This document shows positions 46,432 through 56,665 of a stretch of DNA of 64,000 nucleotides, piece by piece (within the stretch, counting starts at the first letter, position 1; every line of letters starts with the position of its first letter). The DNA lies in IMG/VR virus record IMGVR_UViG_3300027668_000008, positions 186,001 through 250,000 of that record; one strand, written 5' to 3'. The translations under genes and the position numbers were made by a program. The notes below the pieces were generated by a model that saw only the letters and a program-made list of their open reading frames with translations, searched no databases and was not told the DNA's origin.

Positions 46432-47679
46432 TTAACTAAATGTTGGGTTAGCAATAGTTACTCTACCAACGTAATCCGCCGCGTTTCCAAGTGAACTTGC
46501 AGTTTGTGAAAGTTCGCTGTAACCGTAACGTGTCATAAAGCCAACTAATGGCTCTAATGTTGCTGGATCAAGTACTACACCTGAACTCATTAGTGGAACG
46601 TAAGGACAATAAAATGCCGCCGCGTCCGCTTCTGATGAACCTTTGTAACCAACTAATACCGCTTCTGAATCAGCCGCATAACTGTCAACATAGATTCTCA
46701 TTGCTGAGTTCAATGTACCAACGAATTTAGTATTTGTTGGTGCTTCAAAAGTACCTTCAGTTGTTCTTGCGAACGCTGAAGTAGATGCACTTTGTAGCAT
46801 AGTTAATGCAGTTGGAGAAACAACAGCCCAGTTACCTGCGCCACGTCTTGTTCTCTGTGCGATTTTGTTAGATACTCTGTTGATCGCCACAGCCAAAGCC
46901 GCGTGTTCGTCACCAACGTAAGTTGCTGTACCACTAACTGCCGCTTGGTCATATGCTTCAGTGTTTGCACCGAAAGCCGTTGAACCAGCCGCCGCTAAAG
47001 TTCTTAAAGAACTTAGAACTTCTTGGTCGATCTCTGCAGTAATCTCTTGGGCTAATGCCGCCATGATTTCTGCTTCTACATCAATACCTTGTTGTGATTG
47101 AGCGTCTTGAGCCGCTTCAAAAGTCCAACGAGCTGATAGTCTTCTAGTACGAGCTTCTACAGTTTGACGTAGAATTTCGATTGAAAGAGTATTACCTGGA
47201 ACACCTTCTAAGTATCCAGCCGCTGTTGTACCAGCCGCTTTTGCACCTGCCGCCGATTCAGTACCTGAATAACCAGCCGCGATGTCTTTTGGCCCTAGAG
47301 CCTCATCGTTAGCGGCTAGGTTAGTACCGTCATTAGTAGTTGCTTGAATTGCCGCACCGTTGGCACTATTAATAGTGTTTGCAGAGTTATATTTAACTCT
47401 TAAAGTGTGGATTTGTGCAATTGGACCAGTCATAGGTTGTACACCAACGATTTCATTTGCAATCACTGTTGGCATTACACGTCTAATTACGGGTAAAATT
47501 ACTTTGTTTAATTGTGCTACACCACCTGCCGCTGTCGCGCCACTAGTTGCCGCCTCTGAAAGGTGGCGTTTAGTATTTTCAAGTATTGTAGACATTGTCT
47601 TGCGACGAGTACCTTGTAAACCATCTAAAAGGGCTTCTTTAGTATTGTCCCAACGACCTTCTGCTAAAATATCAGACAT
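46432..47679 (-). CDS. gp23: Major capsid protein
   Basis: IVGVQPMTGP, RRLSARWTFEAAQD, EIDQE, FYCPYVPL and TRYG motifs. Confidence 0.98.
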   Translation of the reverse strand: MSDILAEGRWDNTKEALLDGLQGTRRKTMSTILENTKRHLSEAATSGATAAGGVAQLNKVILPVIRRVMPTVIANEIVGVQPMTGPIAQIHTLRVKYNSANTINSANGAAIQATTNDGTNLAANDEALGPKDIAAGYSGTESAAGAKAAGTTAAGYLEGVPGNTLSIEILRQTVEARTRRLSARWTFEAAQDAQSQQGIDVEAEIMAALAQEITAEIDQEVLSSLRTLAAAGSTAFGANTEAYDQAAVSGTATYVGDEHAALAVAINRVSNKIAQRTRRGAGNWAVVSPTALTMLQSASTSAFARTTEGTFEAPTNTKFVGTLNSAMRIYVDSYAADSEAVLVGYKGSSEADAAAFYCPYVPLMSSGVVLDPATLEPLVGFMTRYGYSELSQTASSLGNAADYVGRVTIANPTFS

Positions 47680-47701
47680 TTTTATAGTCTCCTAATTGTT
47701 T

Positions 47702-48793
47702 TTAGTTTAGTCCCGCCAGACGCTTAATTTCAATGATATTGCCCTCATCTTCTGCGTTCACGGATTCTTTTTTATTACCAGTTACTTCTTTCGACTCCAT
47801 TATAGCATGAGATTTTGTCTCTGCTTTAACTTCGTTTTTAAGAACTGCTGGCAAGTACTTATTAAATGTACCTGTAAGTTTATCAGTTACGACATTTTCA
47901 AGTAAGTCTTGCATTACCGTTTTCTGATTTTTGCTTAAAGGTGCCATCATTTCGTTTAACTGTTGATCACGGACAATGCGATCATTGATTCTACGAATTT
48001 CTGCTTCTTTGCTTTCAACTAAAGTAGATTTCTCAACTGCAACTTTTTTCGATTCATCAAGTTGTTTAGTTACGTTTGCTACTGCTGTTTGCAAATCTTT
48101 AATCTCTGAATTTTCATTCAAATGTGATGTTGCAAACTCACTAGCAAATGTTTCAAACAATTTGCGTCCGAAGTTATTTTGACGTGCAGTGTCAATATCT
48201 TCTTTTAATTGAGTTAACTCGGTGTTAAGATTCTTAACGACTGAATCCTTCACTAATTTACTTGAACGTTCAATGAAAGTCTCTTTAAGTTTTGAAAGTT
48301 GTTTCTTGCCTTCTGCAACAAGTTTAACTCTAGTTTCTACAACTGCTTCTTTATCCTTATGGAATTCAGCAATCTCTTCTGCTAGTGCTTTTACAACAAA
48401 CTTTTGTAACTTATCAAGAGTTTCTGCTTGAACTTTACGATCGTCGTTTAGTTCGCTTAATTCAGCACCTAGTTTACCAATCATGAATGATTTAACTTTA
48501 TCAGTCTGTTCAGACATTCTAACGTTATATCTTACACGATCTTCTTCTAGTGCTTTGCGTTCTGAAACGATATTCTCAAGTTCCTTAGTTAAGTTTTCAT
48601 TTACCATCTTGTCAAGACTCTCAACCATAGTAGTTTTGTCATGCTCATAACGACGAGAAAATTCTTCTCGTAACTCACCGCGGATCTCTTCCCTAGTTTC
48701 AGTTAACTTGGTTTCCCATGCTTCCTGAATTTCAGTCTTAGTTTCCTCGTTGACTATACCGCTATCAAGCAATGGTTTGAGTGCGTCAAACAT
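47702..48793 (-). CDS. gp22: Prohead core scaffold protein
   Basis: Coiled-coil, GRKLFETF motif; between the protease and capsid genes. Confidence 0.88.
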   Translation of the reverse strand: MFDALKPLLDSGIVNEETKTEIQEAWETKLTETREEIRGELREEFSRRYEHDKTTMVESLDKMVNENLTKELENIVSERKALEEDRVRYNVRMSEQTDKVKSFMIGKLGAELSELNDDRKVQAETLDKLQKFVVKALAEEIAEFHKDKEAVVETRVKLVAEGKKQLSKLKETFIERSSKLVKDSVVKNLNTELTQLKEDIDTARQNNFGRKLFETFASEFATSHLNENSEIKDLQTAVANVTKQLDESKKVAVEKSTLVESKEAEIRRINDRIVRDQQLNEMMAPLSKNQKTVMQDLLENVVTDKLTGTFNKYLPAVLKNEVKAETKSHAIMESKEVTGNKKESVNAEDEGNIIEIKRLAGLN

Positions 48794-48797
48794 TTGG

Positions 48798-49433
48798 TCA
48801 ACTCCTTAATTTAAGTTCATTGATAAGGTTTATAACCTCATCTTTTAAAAATTTTTGCACACGAGTATCTTCTTTAGCCTCTGCCGCTAATCCTAAAATT
48901 TTATGTCCATGTTTCATGTTCATTAAACCTTCGTAAATTGCAGTTGGGTAGGCATTTGGTGCACTCGGTTGTGCAACTACGTCTACTGTGACGATTTCGA
49001 AACCACTAACTTCACCGTTAGCATCATTGACTTCGCCGCTTCCGCGACTTGAAACTCCCAATTTGACACCGCTTTCTAGCATTGTTCGTACTAGTTGACC
49101 CATCGGTGTTGGGAGAATTTTTAGTTTACCATAACCATTTGGACCATCCATCCACATTTCTGTAATCATGTGGCATACTCGATCTAGGTTAATTTTTAAA
49201 TCGTCTGGATGATCTACTTCTCCTAATACAGAGTCGCCTTTTGTAATTTGATCATTTAACGTAGTAACCGCCGAAGTAATTTGGTCCACAGGGTAAAGTC
49301 TTTGGTTGTGATTTTTCACACCACCTTGAATACAAATTCCTTTAAGGTATAAATCCTTGCCGTCATTCGCACTTTCTGTGACCATCTTTGCTTGGTCATA
49401 TGTTAAGTTCTCTTTTAAATACATTGAGCTCAT
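48798..49433 (-). CDS. gp21: Prohead core protease
   Basis: LGEVDHP, LGVSSRGSG and DVVAQPSAPNA motifs. Confidence 0.96.
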   Translation of the reverse strand: MSSMYLKENLTYDQAKMVTESANDGKDLYLKGICIQGGVKNHNQRLYPVDQITSAVTTLNDQITKGDSVLGEVDHPDDLKINLDRVCHMITEMWMDGPNGYGKLKILPTPMGQLVRTMLESGVKLGVSSRGSGEVNDANGEVSGFEIVTVDVVAQPSAPNAYPTAIYEGLMNMKHGHKILGLAAEAKEDTRVQKFLKDEVINLINELKLRS

Positions 49434-49458
49434 CGTATATTTTTTCCTTTAAAAGTTA

Positions 49459-50181
49459 TTATACTTTCTTTAGGTCCGGTTTAGTAGTACCGCCCATGTC
49501 TTGTGCTTTAGGTGCCGGCTTACTTGCGTCGGTTCCTTTTGATACTTTCATACCACCTTTTTGCTGTTTTGCAACAGGTGATGCTTTGTTATCAGCATGG
49601 TCAGCCTTATCGGCATCTGGTGCTTTTTCAAGTTTTGATTCTTCAACTACTTCGTCTTCAGTTGCTTCGTCAATCTCTGTTTCATCAGTTTCTACAACAG
49701 CGTCTTCTTCAGTTGCTACTGCTTCTTCCATTTCTGGTTCTGCAGGTGCTTCCATTTCTTCACCATCGTCTGCTTCTGAATCATCACCATCTTCTTTTGA
49801 TAATAGCTCTTCAAATTCCTTTTGAAGTTCAGCAATGTTGTCTTCTAAATCTACAACACGGTCTTCTAGCTCTTCTTCATCAGATGCTTCCATGTCTGCT
49901 GGTGCCTCAGGCTCCATATCCATTTCTGCTTCTAATTCATCACTAGCACCTTCTAAATCGCCTTCAGGCTCCTCAGAAATACCTTCTTCGTCTGCTTTAA
50001 TGTCTTGCTCAAAGTCTTTCACTTCGTCTTGTGATACTACTTCATCTAAATCATCTTGAGAAATAAGATTTTCATAAATCTCACGTGAATTCTCAATTAC
50101 GATTTCGTGAAACAAATCACTTGCTTTTTGCTCATCTTCGTTGACTATTAAATCAACTAGTTGTTTCCATTTATCGCTCAT
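49459..50181 (-). CDS. Acidic prohead core protein (gp67/gp68-like position)
   Basis: Very D/E-rich; upstream of the protease; RBS spacing favours ATG 50181. Confidence 0.6.
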   Translation of the reverse strand: MSDKWKQLVDLIVNEDEQKASDLFHEIVIENSREIYENLISQDDLDEVVSQDEVKDFEQDIKADEEGISEEPEGDLEGASDELEAEMDMEPEAPADMEASDEEELEDRVVDLEDNIAELQKEFEELLSKEDGDDSEADDGEEMEAPAEPEMEEAVATEEDAVVETDETEIDEATEDEVVEESKLEKAPDADKADHADNKASPVAKQQKGGMKVSKGTDASKPAPKAQDMGGTTKPDLKKV

Positions 50182-50317
50182 ATTCATACTCCTATTAGGA
50201 TAGTTATCGGTAATATTATTTACTATAAAGGTCGGAAAAAGGGGTCTAAAAGGTGAAATATTAGTACTTTTTAGGATTATTTTTTAGATAAGCCAAAATA
50301 CTTTCTCTTTTTAGGAC

Positions 50318-50533
50318 TTATAATCCGCCGTCGTCACTGGATTCAGCACCATACTGGGCTTGTACTTTCTGTAGTTTCTCATACTGTTCAAACTTTTTCG
50401 CTTCTTTAATACGTCGAAGTTTGTTGATTTGCTCTAATGTCAACTTGACTTTTCGAGTGTCACCAATTATTAGTACACTTTTATCGTCCTCTACAGAGTA
50501 GCGGTTTTTTTCAAATAAATCATTCAAGTCCAT
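50318..50533 (-). CDS. Small hypothetical protein in the head cluster
   Basis: TRKVKLTLEQINKLR; late promoter at 50539-50546, 5 nt before the ATG. Confidence 0.65.
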   Translation of the reverse strand: MDLNDLFEKNRYSVEDDKSVLIIGDTRKVKLTLEQINKLRRIKEAKKFEQYEKLQKVQAQYGAESSDDGGL

Positions 50534-50560
50534 AATACTATTTACCTTTATATTATAATG

Positions 50561-51124
50561 TTATTTATTAAAAAATATATTAAATGATAAACTAACCCTT
50601 GTATCATGAGATTCGTTCCGCATTATACCATGTTTTAAGTATCCGGGGAATAAAAGCAGTTTACCTACAACAGGTTTATGTTGCCAAGAACCCGTTGTTA
50701 CACAAGTAGACATAGCCACTTGTACTGTAGGATTCTCGAAAACTATGTTCCCGTCTTTTTGATTTGTTTGAAAATAATATACGCCTGATATGTCTGCGTT
50801 ACCGTGGTCATGAACATGACCATAATCGTTATGTTCAAATAACGATATCCATGATTCCATTCGATAGTCATTGCTATGTGTATAGCCTAACTGCTCTGAA
50901 AACTCATTTAAATTCTCATTTAAAAATAAGTTAAAGTTAGTTAAGTTATAGTTCTTTATTATATCGTCTGAGAGTTTAGATATTTTATGGGTCTTACCCC
51001 AATCTAGATTGTATTCTGTACCAGTGTCTTGTACAACAATACCAATTTCGTGTTGTATGTTTTTTAAATTTTCGTCTTTAGCAAAACTGCACCATAAAGG
51101 TGTAGGGAAGATATTTTCTATCAT
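50561..51124 (-). CDS. 2OG-Fe(II) oxygenase (phage type)
   Basis: IFPTP, HDH, ISGVYY, LFPGYLKH and RVSLSFN motifs. Confidence 0.88.
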   Translation of the reverse strand: MIENIFPTPLWCSFAKDENLKNIQHEIGIVVQDTGTEYNLDWGKTHKISKLSDDIIKNYNLTNFNLFLNENLNEFSEQLGYTHSNDYRMESWISLFEHNDYGHVHDHGNADISGVYYFQTNQKDGNIVFENPTVQVAMSTCVTTGSWQHKPVVGKLLLFPGYLKHGIMRNESHDTRVSLSFNIFFNK

Positions 51125-51135
51125 TCCTGTTCTCC

Positions 51136-52839
51136 TTATAAGTCGATATCTGCGTTAGGGTCTCCGCCTAAGTCATCTGCTACATCAACTTCGTCACCAC
51201 CTACTCCTGCTTCTGCTTCTGCATCAGCGTCTAAGTCTGTGTTTAATCCACCTGGTGTAACTCCGACACTTCGTAAATCTTGTCCAACTGTTTGTTGTGC
51301 TTGTGTTTTTCCGTTTTCCTCTGCCCAAAGTTTATCATTCTCTGCAAGTTCTTCTTCGCTAATACCTAAGAAACGTTTAAGCATGAATCGTTTGCTCAAA
51401 TAAGGTGTTTGTGATAAACTTGTAAACAATGAAGCACGTTGGTTGTCTAATTCTGCTTGTCTGTAAGCCGCAAAGTTTTGAGGTTCATTCAAACGCAAAT
51501 CAAACATACTACTATCAATATTAAAACCTTTCCAGTTTAAAAACATTTTGAACTCATGGTCAAATGATGTTGCCACTGTGTTTTGTAAACGTTTACAATA
51601 TTGATTGAATCTGTATTCTTGGATTAATGCAGTTCCTACTCTACCATCACTTGCAACCGAACTTCCGTCCTCTGCACCTGTTGGCAAATAACTACTTGGA
51701 ATTCTTAATCCTCTAAACAACTTGTTAGTAAAGTATTTCAAGTCATCAATTTCACCTAAGTTTGTACCACCCGGTAATGTTTCAACTTTAGATCCTCTAC
51801 CTTCAGCAGTTTGTGGAAAGAAATAATCTTCGTTAATACTCAATGGATTATATGTTGCATCCATCATACTTCCGCCGCCACCACTTTGTGTTGGAATACG
51901 TCTTTGGTGTATTTCGTTTTTAACTCTGTTAACGTAACCCATTGCCATGTGTGCTGGCATATTACCTACGTCAATATAGAACACACGTCTTTCAGGAGCA
52001 CGTTGCACCCTGTAAATAATAATAGCGTCTTCTAATAATTCTTTTTGTTTGTATACTTTAAATACACTTTCTAAAACACTGAGACCAAAGGGCCAATTAG
52101 GATCTAATCCTTCAGTTAAACTAATATGCACAACATGACTGGCATCAATTGCCATTTCGTTTGTTGAGTTACTAAATCTAGAATTGTTTGTAGCAGAATT
52201 TAAATTATAAATGTTACCCTGGCCTTGATTGGCGGCAACGCCTCCTTGACTTCCCATAGTTCCACCCGACTTCATGTCACCATGTTGAGGTTGTGTTACT
52301 GTTAGGTTTTCAAAATTAGGATTAATATTTTTTAAAACGTACTGCTCAGGTTCTTTACCTTTGCTTTCGTTTACAATAACTTTAACAATGTCTGCATTGT
52401 CTACCCAATGCCATTGAAATGTTTCTGGATCTCTAACAAATATTTGATCACCATACTTTAATGTATTACGAAACATTTTAAATATTCGTTTATCAAAATC
52501 GTTTAAACTTACCCAACTATGTAGTGCTTCTTTAAGTACTTTTACTTCAGAGTCACTTGGTTGTTCTTTAAAGAATATATCGAACGGTGTTTTATTTTCA
52601 ATATTTGTTTGTGTACTGAATTCTGCTAGGATATCTAGTGCCGCATTAATCTCACTGTCGCTATCCATAGTTTCATATTGAGTATATCGTTCAACACGGT
52701 TTGGATGTCCTGTATAAACTTCTGGTAGATGACTTTGATAGTTCTTGAAGCCCACGTCAGCCTGAGAATCTCTTGGCATAGTCGTAGAGCCTGTCATGCT
52801 ATTAGTGTCTACTACTTTAAAATACTTTTTCCAACTCAT
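51136..52839 (-). CDS. gp20: Portal vertex protein
   Basis: EDAIIIYRVQRAPERRVFYIDVG, EDYFFP and VETLPGG motifs. Confidence 0.97.
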   Translation of the reverse strand: MSWKKYFKVVDTNSMTGSTTMPRDSQADVGFKNYQSHLPEVYTGHPNRVERYTQYETMDSDSEINAALDILAEFSTQTNIENKTPFDIFFKEQPSDSEVKVLKEALHSWVSLNDFDKRIFKMFRNTLKYGDQIFVRDPETFQWHWVDNADIVKVIVNESKGKEPEQYVLKNINPNFENLTVTQPQHGDMKSGGTMGSQGGVAANQGQGNIYNLNSATNNSRFSNSTNEMAIDASHVVHISLTEGLDPNWPFGLSVLESVFKVYKQKELLEDAIIIYRVQRAPERRVFYIDVGNMPAHMAMGYVNRVKNEIHQRRIPTQSGGGGSMMDATYNPLSINEDYFFPQTAEGRGSKVETLPGGTNLGEIDDLKYFTNKLFRGLRIPSSYLPTGAEDGSSVASDGRVGTALIQEYRFNQYCKRLQNTVATSFDHEFKMFLNWKGFNIDSSMFDLRLNEPQNFAAYRQAELDNQRASLFTSLSQTPYLSKRFMLKRFLGISEEELAENDKLWAEENGKTQAQQTVGQDLRSVGVTPGGLNTDLDADAEAEAGVGGDEVDVADDLGGDPNADIDL

Positions 52840-52906
52840 TTGTTTTATGTCCTATATTTCGAATTCATTGCTTTATTATAACATATAGTAGTATTTATTG
52901 CAACCG

Positions 52907-55327
52907 TTAAGATTGAAGTTTTACTATGTGTCCAGTTTGCCTGTTCATTTTCTTTAATTCTACAAGTAATTCAGCATTATCTGAACCTGTGCCTTGTATT
53001 TGTATAAGTTTTTCAACACTTTTAGTAAGGTTTACTATAGGTCCCATGTCCATATCCACTGGTATATTTCTGCCATTCGGTAACGGAACAACTGCTTCAT
53101 TAGTAGCACCTTCACCGATCATTGAAAGTGTGGGCTGTTTAATAATGCCTCCATCTTCAAAACCAAACTTATTTGCAAACCAACCGCCTATTTTCTTACC
53201 AGCGGAATCTCCGCCTATACTACCTAAAACACCACCAATAATACCACCAATAGCAGTACCAACAATTGGAACAAATGATCCTATCATGGCACCTGCCGCT
53301 ACACCACCTAAAGTACCAGCAAAGTTACCAGCCGCTGAGCCAACACCTTCCATTGCTTTACCTGTAGTGGTCTCTTGCTCACTAGTTGCCGCTGTAATAC
53401 CACCAGATGCTAACGCACCCAATATTGGTATCTTTTTAAGAATTCCGCTTGCCACTTTAGTAATAATACTTCCACTACCTGCCGCAACTGCTTTAGTACC
53501 CGAACCTGCAAGACTTGCCGTTGTTTTTACTGCTTCTGTTGTTGCTTTAGCACCTGCGCCTACCACAGTAGCAGTTGTTTTCGATGCCGCAACGGCAGTT
53601 TTTGTTGCAGTGTCTATTGCTGTTTTAGTGGCTTTAGTTGTTGCAACAAGTGAATTTGCCACAGTCTTAGATGCAGTTGCAAATTCGTCTGCGTGTTTAA
53701 CTGCCATTTGACCTAAAGTTTTAGATGCATTGTTTGCCGCTTTTGCGAACCCACTTGCCGCACCGCCTGCCAATACAACATTGTCTTTAAAGTCGGTTAA
53801 GGCTTGTTTCTCTTCTGGTTTCATTTCAACACCGTCAACTAAATCTTTTAATTTGCCAACGATTGTTCCCATGCTTCCAATAGCCGCTTCAGCAACTTTG
53901 TTCATTCCAAGTCTTGTTGTTTTACCTAAGTCCTCGACTAACATTTGTGTATCTTTTACAGTTTTAGTTTCTGGTTCAGGTTCAGGTACTAATGACTTAC
54001 TGTAAGCATCCATGTCACCTTTAAATTTTTCACTAATAACTTTGTACTGTTGGTTAACGCCTTGTAGTGCTAGTACACTTTTGTTCATTTGGTCTGCTAT
54101 TGGACTAAATCCTTGTAAGTCACGCATTCCTTTGAACTGGCTATTTTGTGCATCATAAACTGCACCCATTCTCTTAACAACATCCTCTGACTTAATAGTA
54201 CCTTTACGCATTGAAAGACCAAGTTTGTTAAGCTCTTCTCCCATCGGACTTTGTAATAGTAAGTTACCTTCTGCTGTTGCACCTACTGTTAGTCCTTGCA
54301 TACCACGAAGAACAAGATCCATTGCTCCTGGTACATCGCCGAATTTATCTCTTAATAGCTCTAATGAATTTCTAGTATTTGTGTTTCCTGTAACAGACAT
54401 TTCAGATAACATTAATTCAATGTTAGCCTCTTGTTTGTTTCTTGCCATTTTTTCTGCAAGAGCTTTTCTGTCTTGTCCAGTTAGTGTAGCAAGTTTTGTA
54501 ATTTCTTCTGAATAGTTTGCCGCCGCCATTGCTTGTTGTCTAGTAGACATATTTGCAAATGCAGTATTACGTTGTTGCATCGTAATATATTCGCCGAGCA
54601 TTTCAGCACTTTCTTCAGCACTGATACCTAAGTATCTTAATTTGTCACGTGATAGTTCATTCATTGCGACATTAATGTCTACAAATCGTTTAGCACCCAA
54701 TCTAGCAGTACCACCAAAGACAGCCAAACTTGCTGAGTTTTCTCTAACGATTCCTGTAAAAGTTTCTAATCTTAAATAACTTGCCGCCGCGGCTTTCTCA
54801 ATATCAAATAAGTTGCCGGAAAATGCCGCACCACTTCTGGATAGTTGGTCAAATGAATCTGATAAGTTGGCTGTATGAGCAATAACGGCTCCGCCTGCGG
54901 CACCTAATGCGCCTCCGGCATATGGTATTGCACTTGCTAATTTGTCAACGGCAGTACCCATGTCTCTCATGTTTAGTCCAACGCCGGCTGTACTTGCACC
55001 AAATTTAACAACGTCTTCAACTGCTCCCATGACTTTATCAGCCATGCCTCCTAGTTTTGAACCAAAACTACCAGCACTTTTTCCCGCATCGTCTAATTCT
55101 TCTGCTAAATCGTCAGCACTTTTAGTAAGACCTTTAAGCTCTACATTGAGCTTTTTGCTACTTTTCGCTTGTTCGTTGGTATTCTTAAGAGCATCTTTAA
55201 AACTCTTGGCTCCAGTAGAACCAGAAGATGATGCTTCCATTTTATCAACAAGTCTCTTTAATGTTTCTTCAGTAGCAACATTATTAAGTGTGACTGTATT
55301 ATTGTCTATGTCTATTTCAACTGCCAT
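52907..55327 (-). CDS. Tape measure protein (gp29-like)
   Basis: 806-aa Ala/Gly-rich helical protein; C-terminal DGGII...IGEGATNEAVVPL. Confidence 0.75.
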   Translation of the reverse strand: MAVEIDIDNNTVTLNNVATEETLKRLVDKMEASSSGSTGAKSFKDALKNTNEQAKSSKKLNVELKGLTKSADDLAEELDDAGKSAGSFGSKLGGMADKVMGAVEDVVKFGASTAGVGLNMRDMGTAVDKLASAIPYAGGALGAAGGAVIAHTANLSDSFDQLSRSGAAFSGNLFDIEKAAAASYLRLETFTGIVRENSASLAVFGGTARLGAKRFVDINVAMNELSRDKLRYLGISAEESAEMLGEYITMQQRNTAFANMSTRQQAMAAANYSEEITKLATLTGQDRKALAEKMARNKQEANIELMLSEMSVTGNTNTRNSLELLRDKFGDVPGAMDLVLRGMQGLTVGATAEGNLLLQSPMGEELNKLGLSMRKGTIKSEDVVKRMGAVYDAQNSQFKGMRDLQGFSPIADQMNKSVLALQGVNQQYKVISEKFKGDMDAYSKSLVPEPEPETKTVKDTQMLVEDLGKTTRLGMNKVAEAAIGSMGTIVGKLKDLVDGVEMKPEEKQALTDFKDNVVLAGGAASGFAKAANNASKTLGQMAVKHADEFATASKTVANSLVATTKATKTAIDTATKTAVAASKTTATVVGAGAKATTEAVKTTASLAGSGTKAVAAGSGSIITKVASGILKKIPILGALASGGITAATSEQETTTGKAMEGVGSAAGNFAGTLGGVAAGAMIGSFVPIVGTAIGGIIGGVLGSIGGDSAGKKIGGWFANKFGFEDGGIIKQPTLSMIGEGATNEAVVPLPNGRNIPVDMDMGPIVNLTKSVEKLIQIQGTGSDNAELLVELKKMNRQTGHIVKLQS

Positions 55328-55337
55328 TATATACCCA

Positions 55338-55390
55338 GATAAATACTTTATAAGTATTATAGTGATAACACTATTATATGTTTATTTATC
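55338..55390. promoter_or_regulatory. Pair of opposing late promoters
   Basis: GATAAATA on + at 55338-55345 and on - at 55383-55390. Confidence 0.65.
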
Positions 55391-55401
55391 GGAGTCAAAA
55401 C

Positions 55402-56235
55402 ATGGAAAACAATCAAAACCCTTTGGTAGGGTATTTTCGTAAACCAGAAGTTTACTTGTCACTACCTAGTAAGGGAAAGTACTACAAACATGGTGTTTTA
55501 GACTTGCCACCTAACGGCGAACTTGGGATTTTCCCAATGACTGCTAGGGACGAGTTAGTCCTAAAAACACCAGACGCATTACTTAACGGTGCAAGTACCG
55601 TTGAAGTGATACAAAGTTGTGTGCCTGCTATTAACAATGCTTGGGAAATTCCTAGCATTGATATGGACACATTATTAATCGGTGTGCGTATTGCCACTTA
55701 TGGTGAGCAAATGGACATACAAATCGCTTGTAATAAGTGCCAAACACAAAACGAGTTTGGAATCGACTTAACTGCATTAATGGATCAGACTAAGGACTGG
55801 AAGTTCGAAGAAGATTTGGAAATTGGTGATTTAAAACTTACATTTAAACCACTAACTTACCAAGAACTAAATGCTGAAAGTTTGCGTAACTTTGAAGAAT
55901 CAAAGATTATGAAAATCGTTAACAACGACAGTCTAGATGATGAAAAGAAACGTGAAATGTTTCAAGATGCATTCTTAAGACTTACTGCATTAACAGTTGA
56001 CTTAATTGGTAAAACAATATGTAAAGTTGAAAGTCCAAATGGCGTAACTGAAGACAGAGCTCACATTGCTGAGTTTGTACAAAATGTCGACAGAAAAACA
56101 TTTAGTGCAATACAAGATCATCTAGATGGACAAAAAGATAAGAACTCTTTCAAACAGTTTGAAGGCGAATGCACTAATTGTGAAGCACATTTAAGTACTC
56201 CAATTATGTTCGACAATTCCAATTTTTTCGCCTAA
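55402..56235 (+). CDS. gp26: Baseplate hub protein / tail assembly chaperone (gp26-like)
   Basis: LPSKG, MTARDE, IRIATYGE and two CxxC motifs; ends NFFA; GGAG RBS favours ATG 55402. Confidence 0.8.
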   Translation: MENNQNPLVGYFRKPEVYLSLPSKGKYYKHGVLDLPPNGELGIFPMTARDELVLKTPDALLNGASTVEVIQSCVPAINNAWEIPSIDMDTLLIGVRIATYGEQMDIQIACNKCQTQNEFGIDLTALMDQTKDWKFEEDLEIGDLKLTFKPLTYQELNAESLRNFEESKIMKIVNNDSLDDEKKREMFQDAFLRLTALTVDLIGKTICKVESPNGVTEDRAHIAEFVQNVDRKTFSAIQDHLDGQKDKNSFKQFEGECTNCEAHLSTPIMFDNSNFFA

Positions 56236-56459
56236 GGCTTCTGAGTCTCGCTAACGATGAGATCGGACAGTTAGTTAAAGACTATGACAAGGAAGCCCAA
56301 AATCTTAAAAAAGAATTGGTGAGAATAGTATGGTATATGAGAGGTGGAATACACTTGGATCAAGCCTATAACTTGTCACGGAATGATATGAAGGATATAT
56401 CTGGTGTTATCGAAGAGAATATTAAGACAACTCAGAAAACTGGATTACCTTTAATCTAA
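56223..56459 (+). CDS. gp51-like ORF, probably reached by a -1 frameshift from gp26
   Basis: Open -1 frame FFRLRLLSLANDEIGQ...WYMRGG...GLPLI with no 5' start codon; begins at T TTT TTC. Confidence 0.7.
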   Translation, partial: FFRLRLLSLANDEIGQLVKDYDKEAQNLKKELVRIVWYMRGGIHLDQAYNLSRNDMKDISGVIEENIKTTQKTGLPLI

Positions 56460-56665
56460 TATGTTCATGACTATACATTATAATCACTTACATCCATAAA
56501 CATTTTATAAGATTACTAAAAGATATACTTCGTATATCTAATAACTTCACTATCGTTCGTTATTAATTTTCTTTTAGAGTTTTTAGTAGATAATACTATT
56601 AATTGAATAACTGAATATTAAACAATATACTTTTAATACATATTAAGTATAAGAGCGAAGCGATA
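56460..56665. other. AT-rich non-coding tract with hairpins, candidate replication origin
   Basis: No ORF; AGATATAC-TTC-GTATATCT hairpin at 56521-56539; very low GC. Confidence 0.35.
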
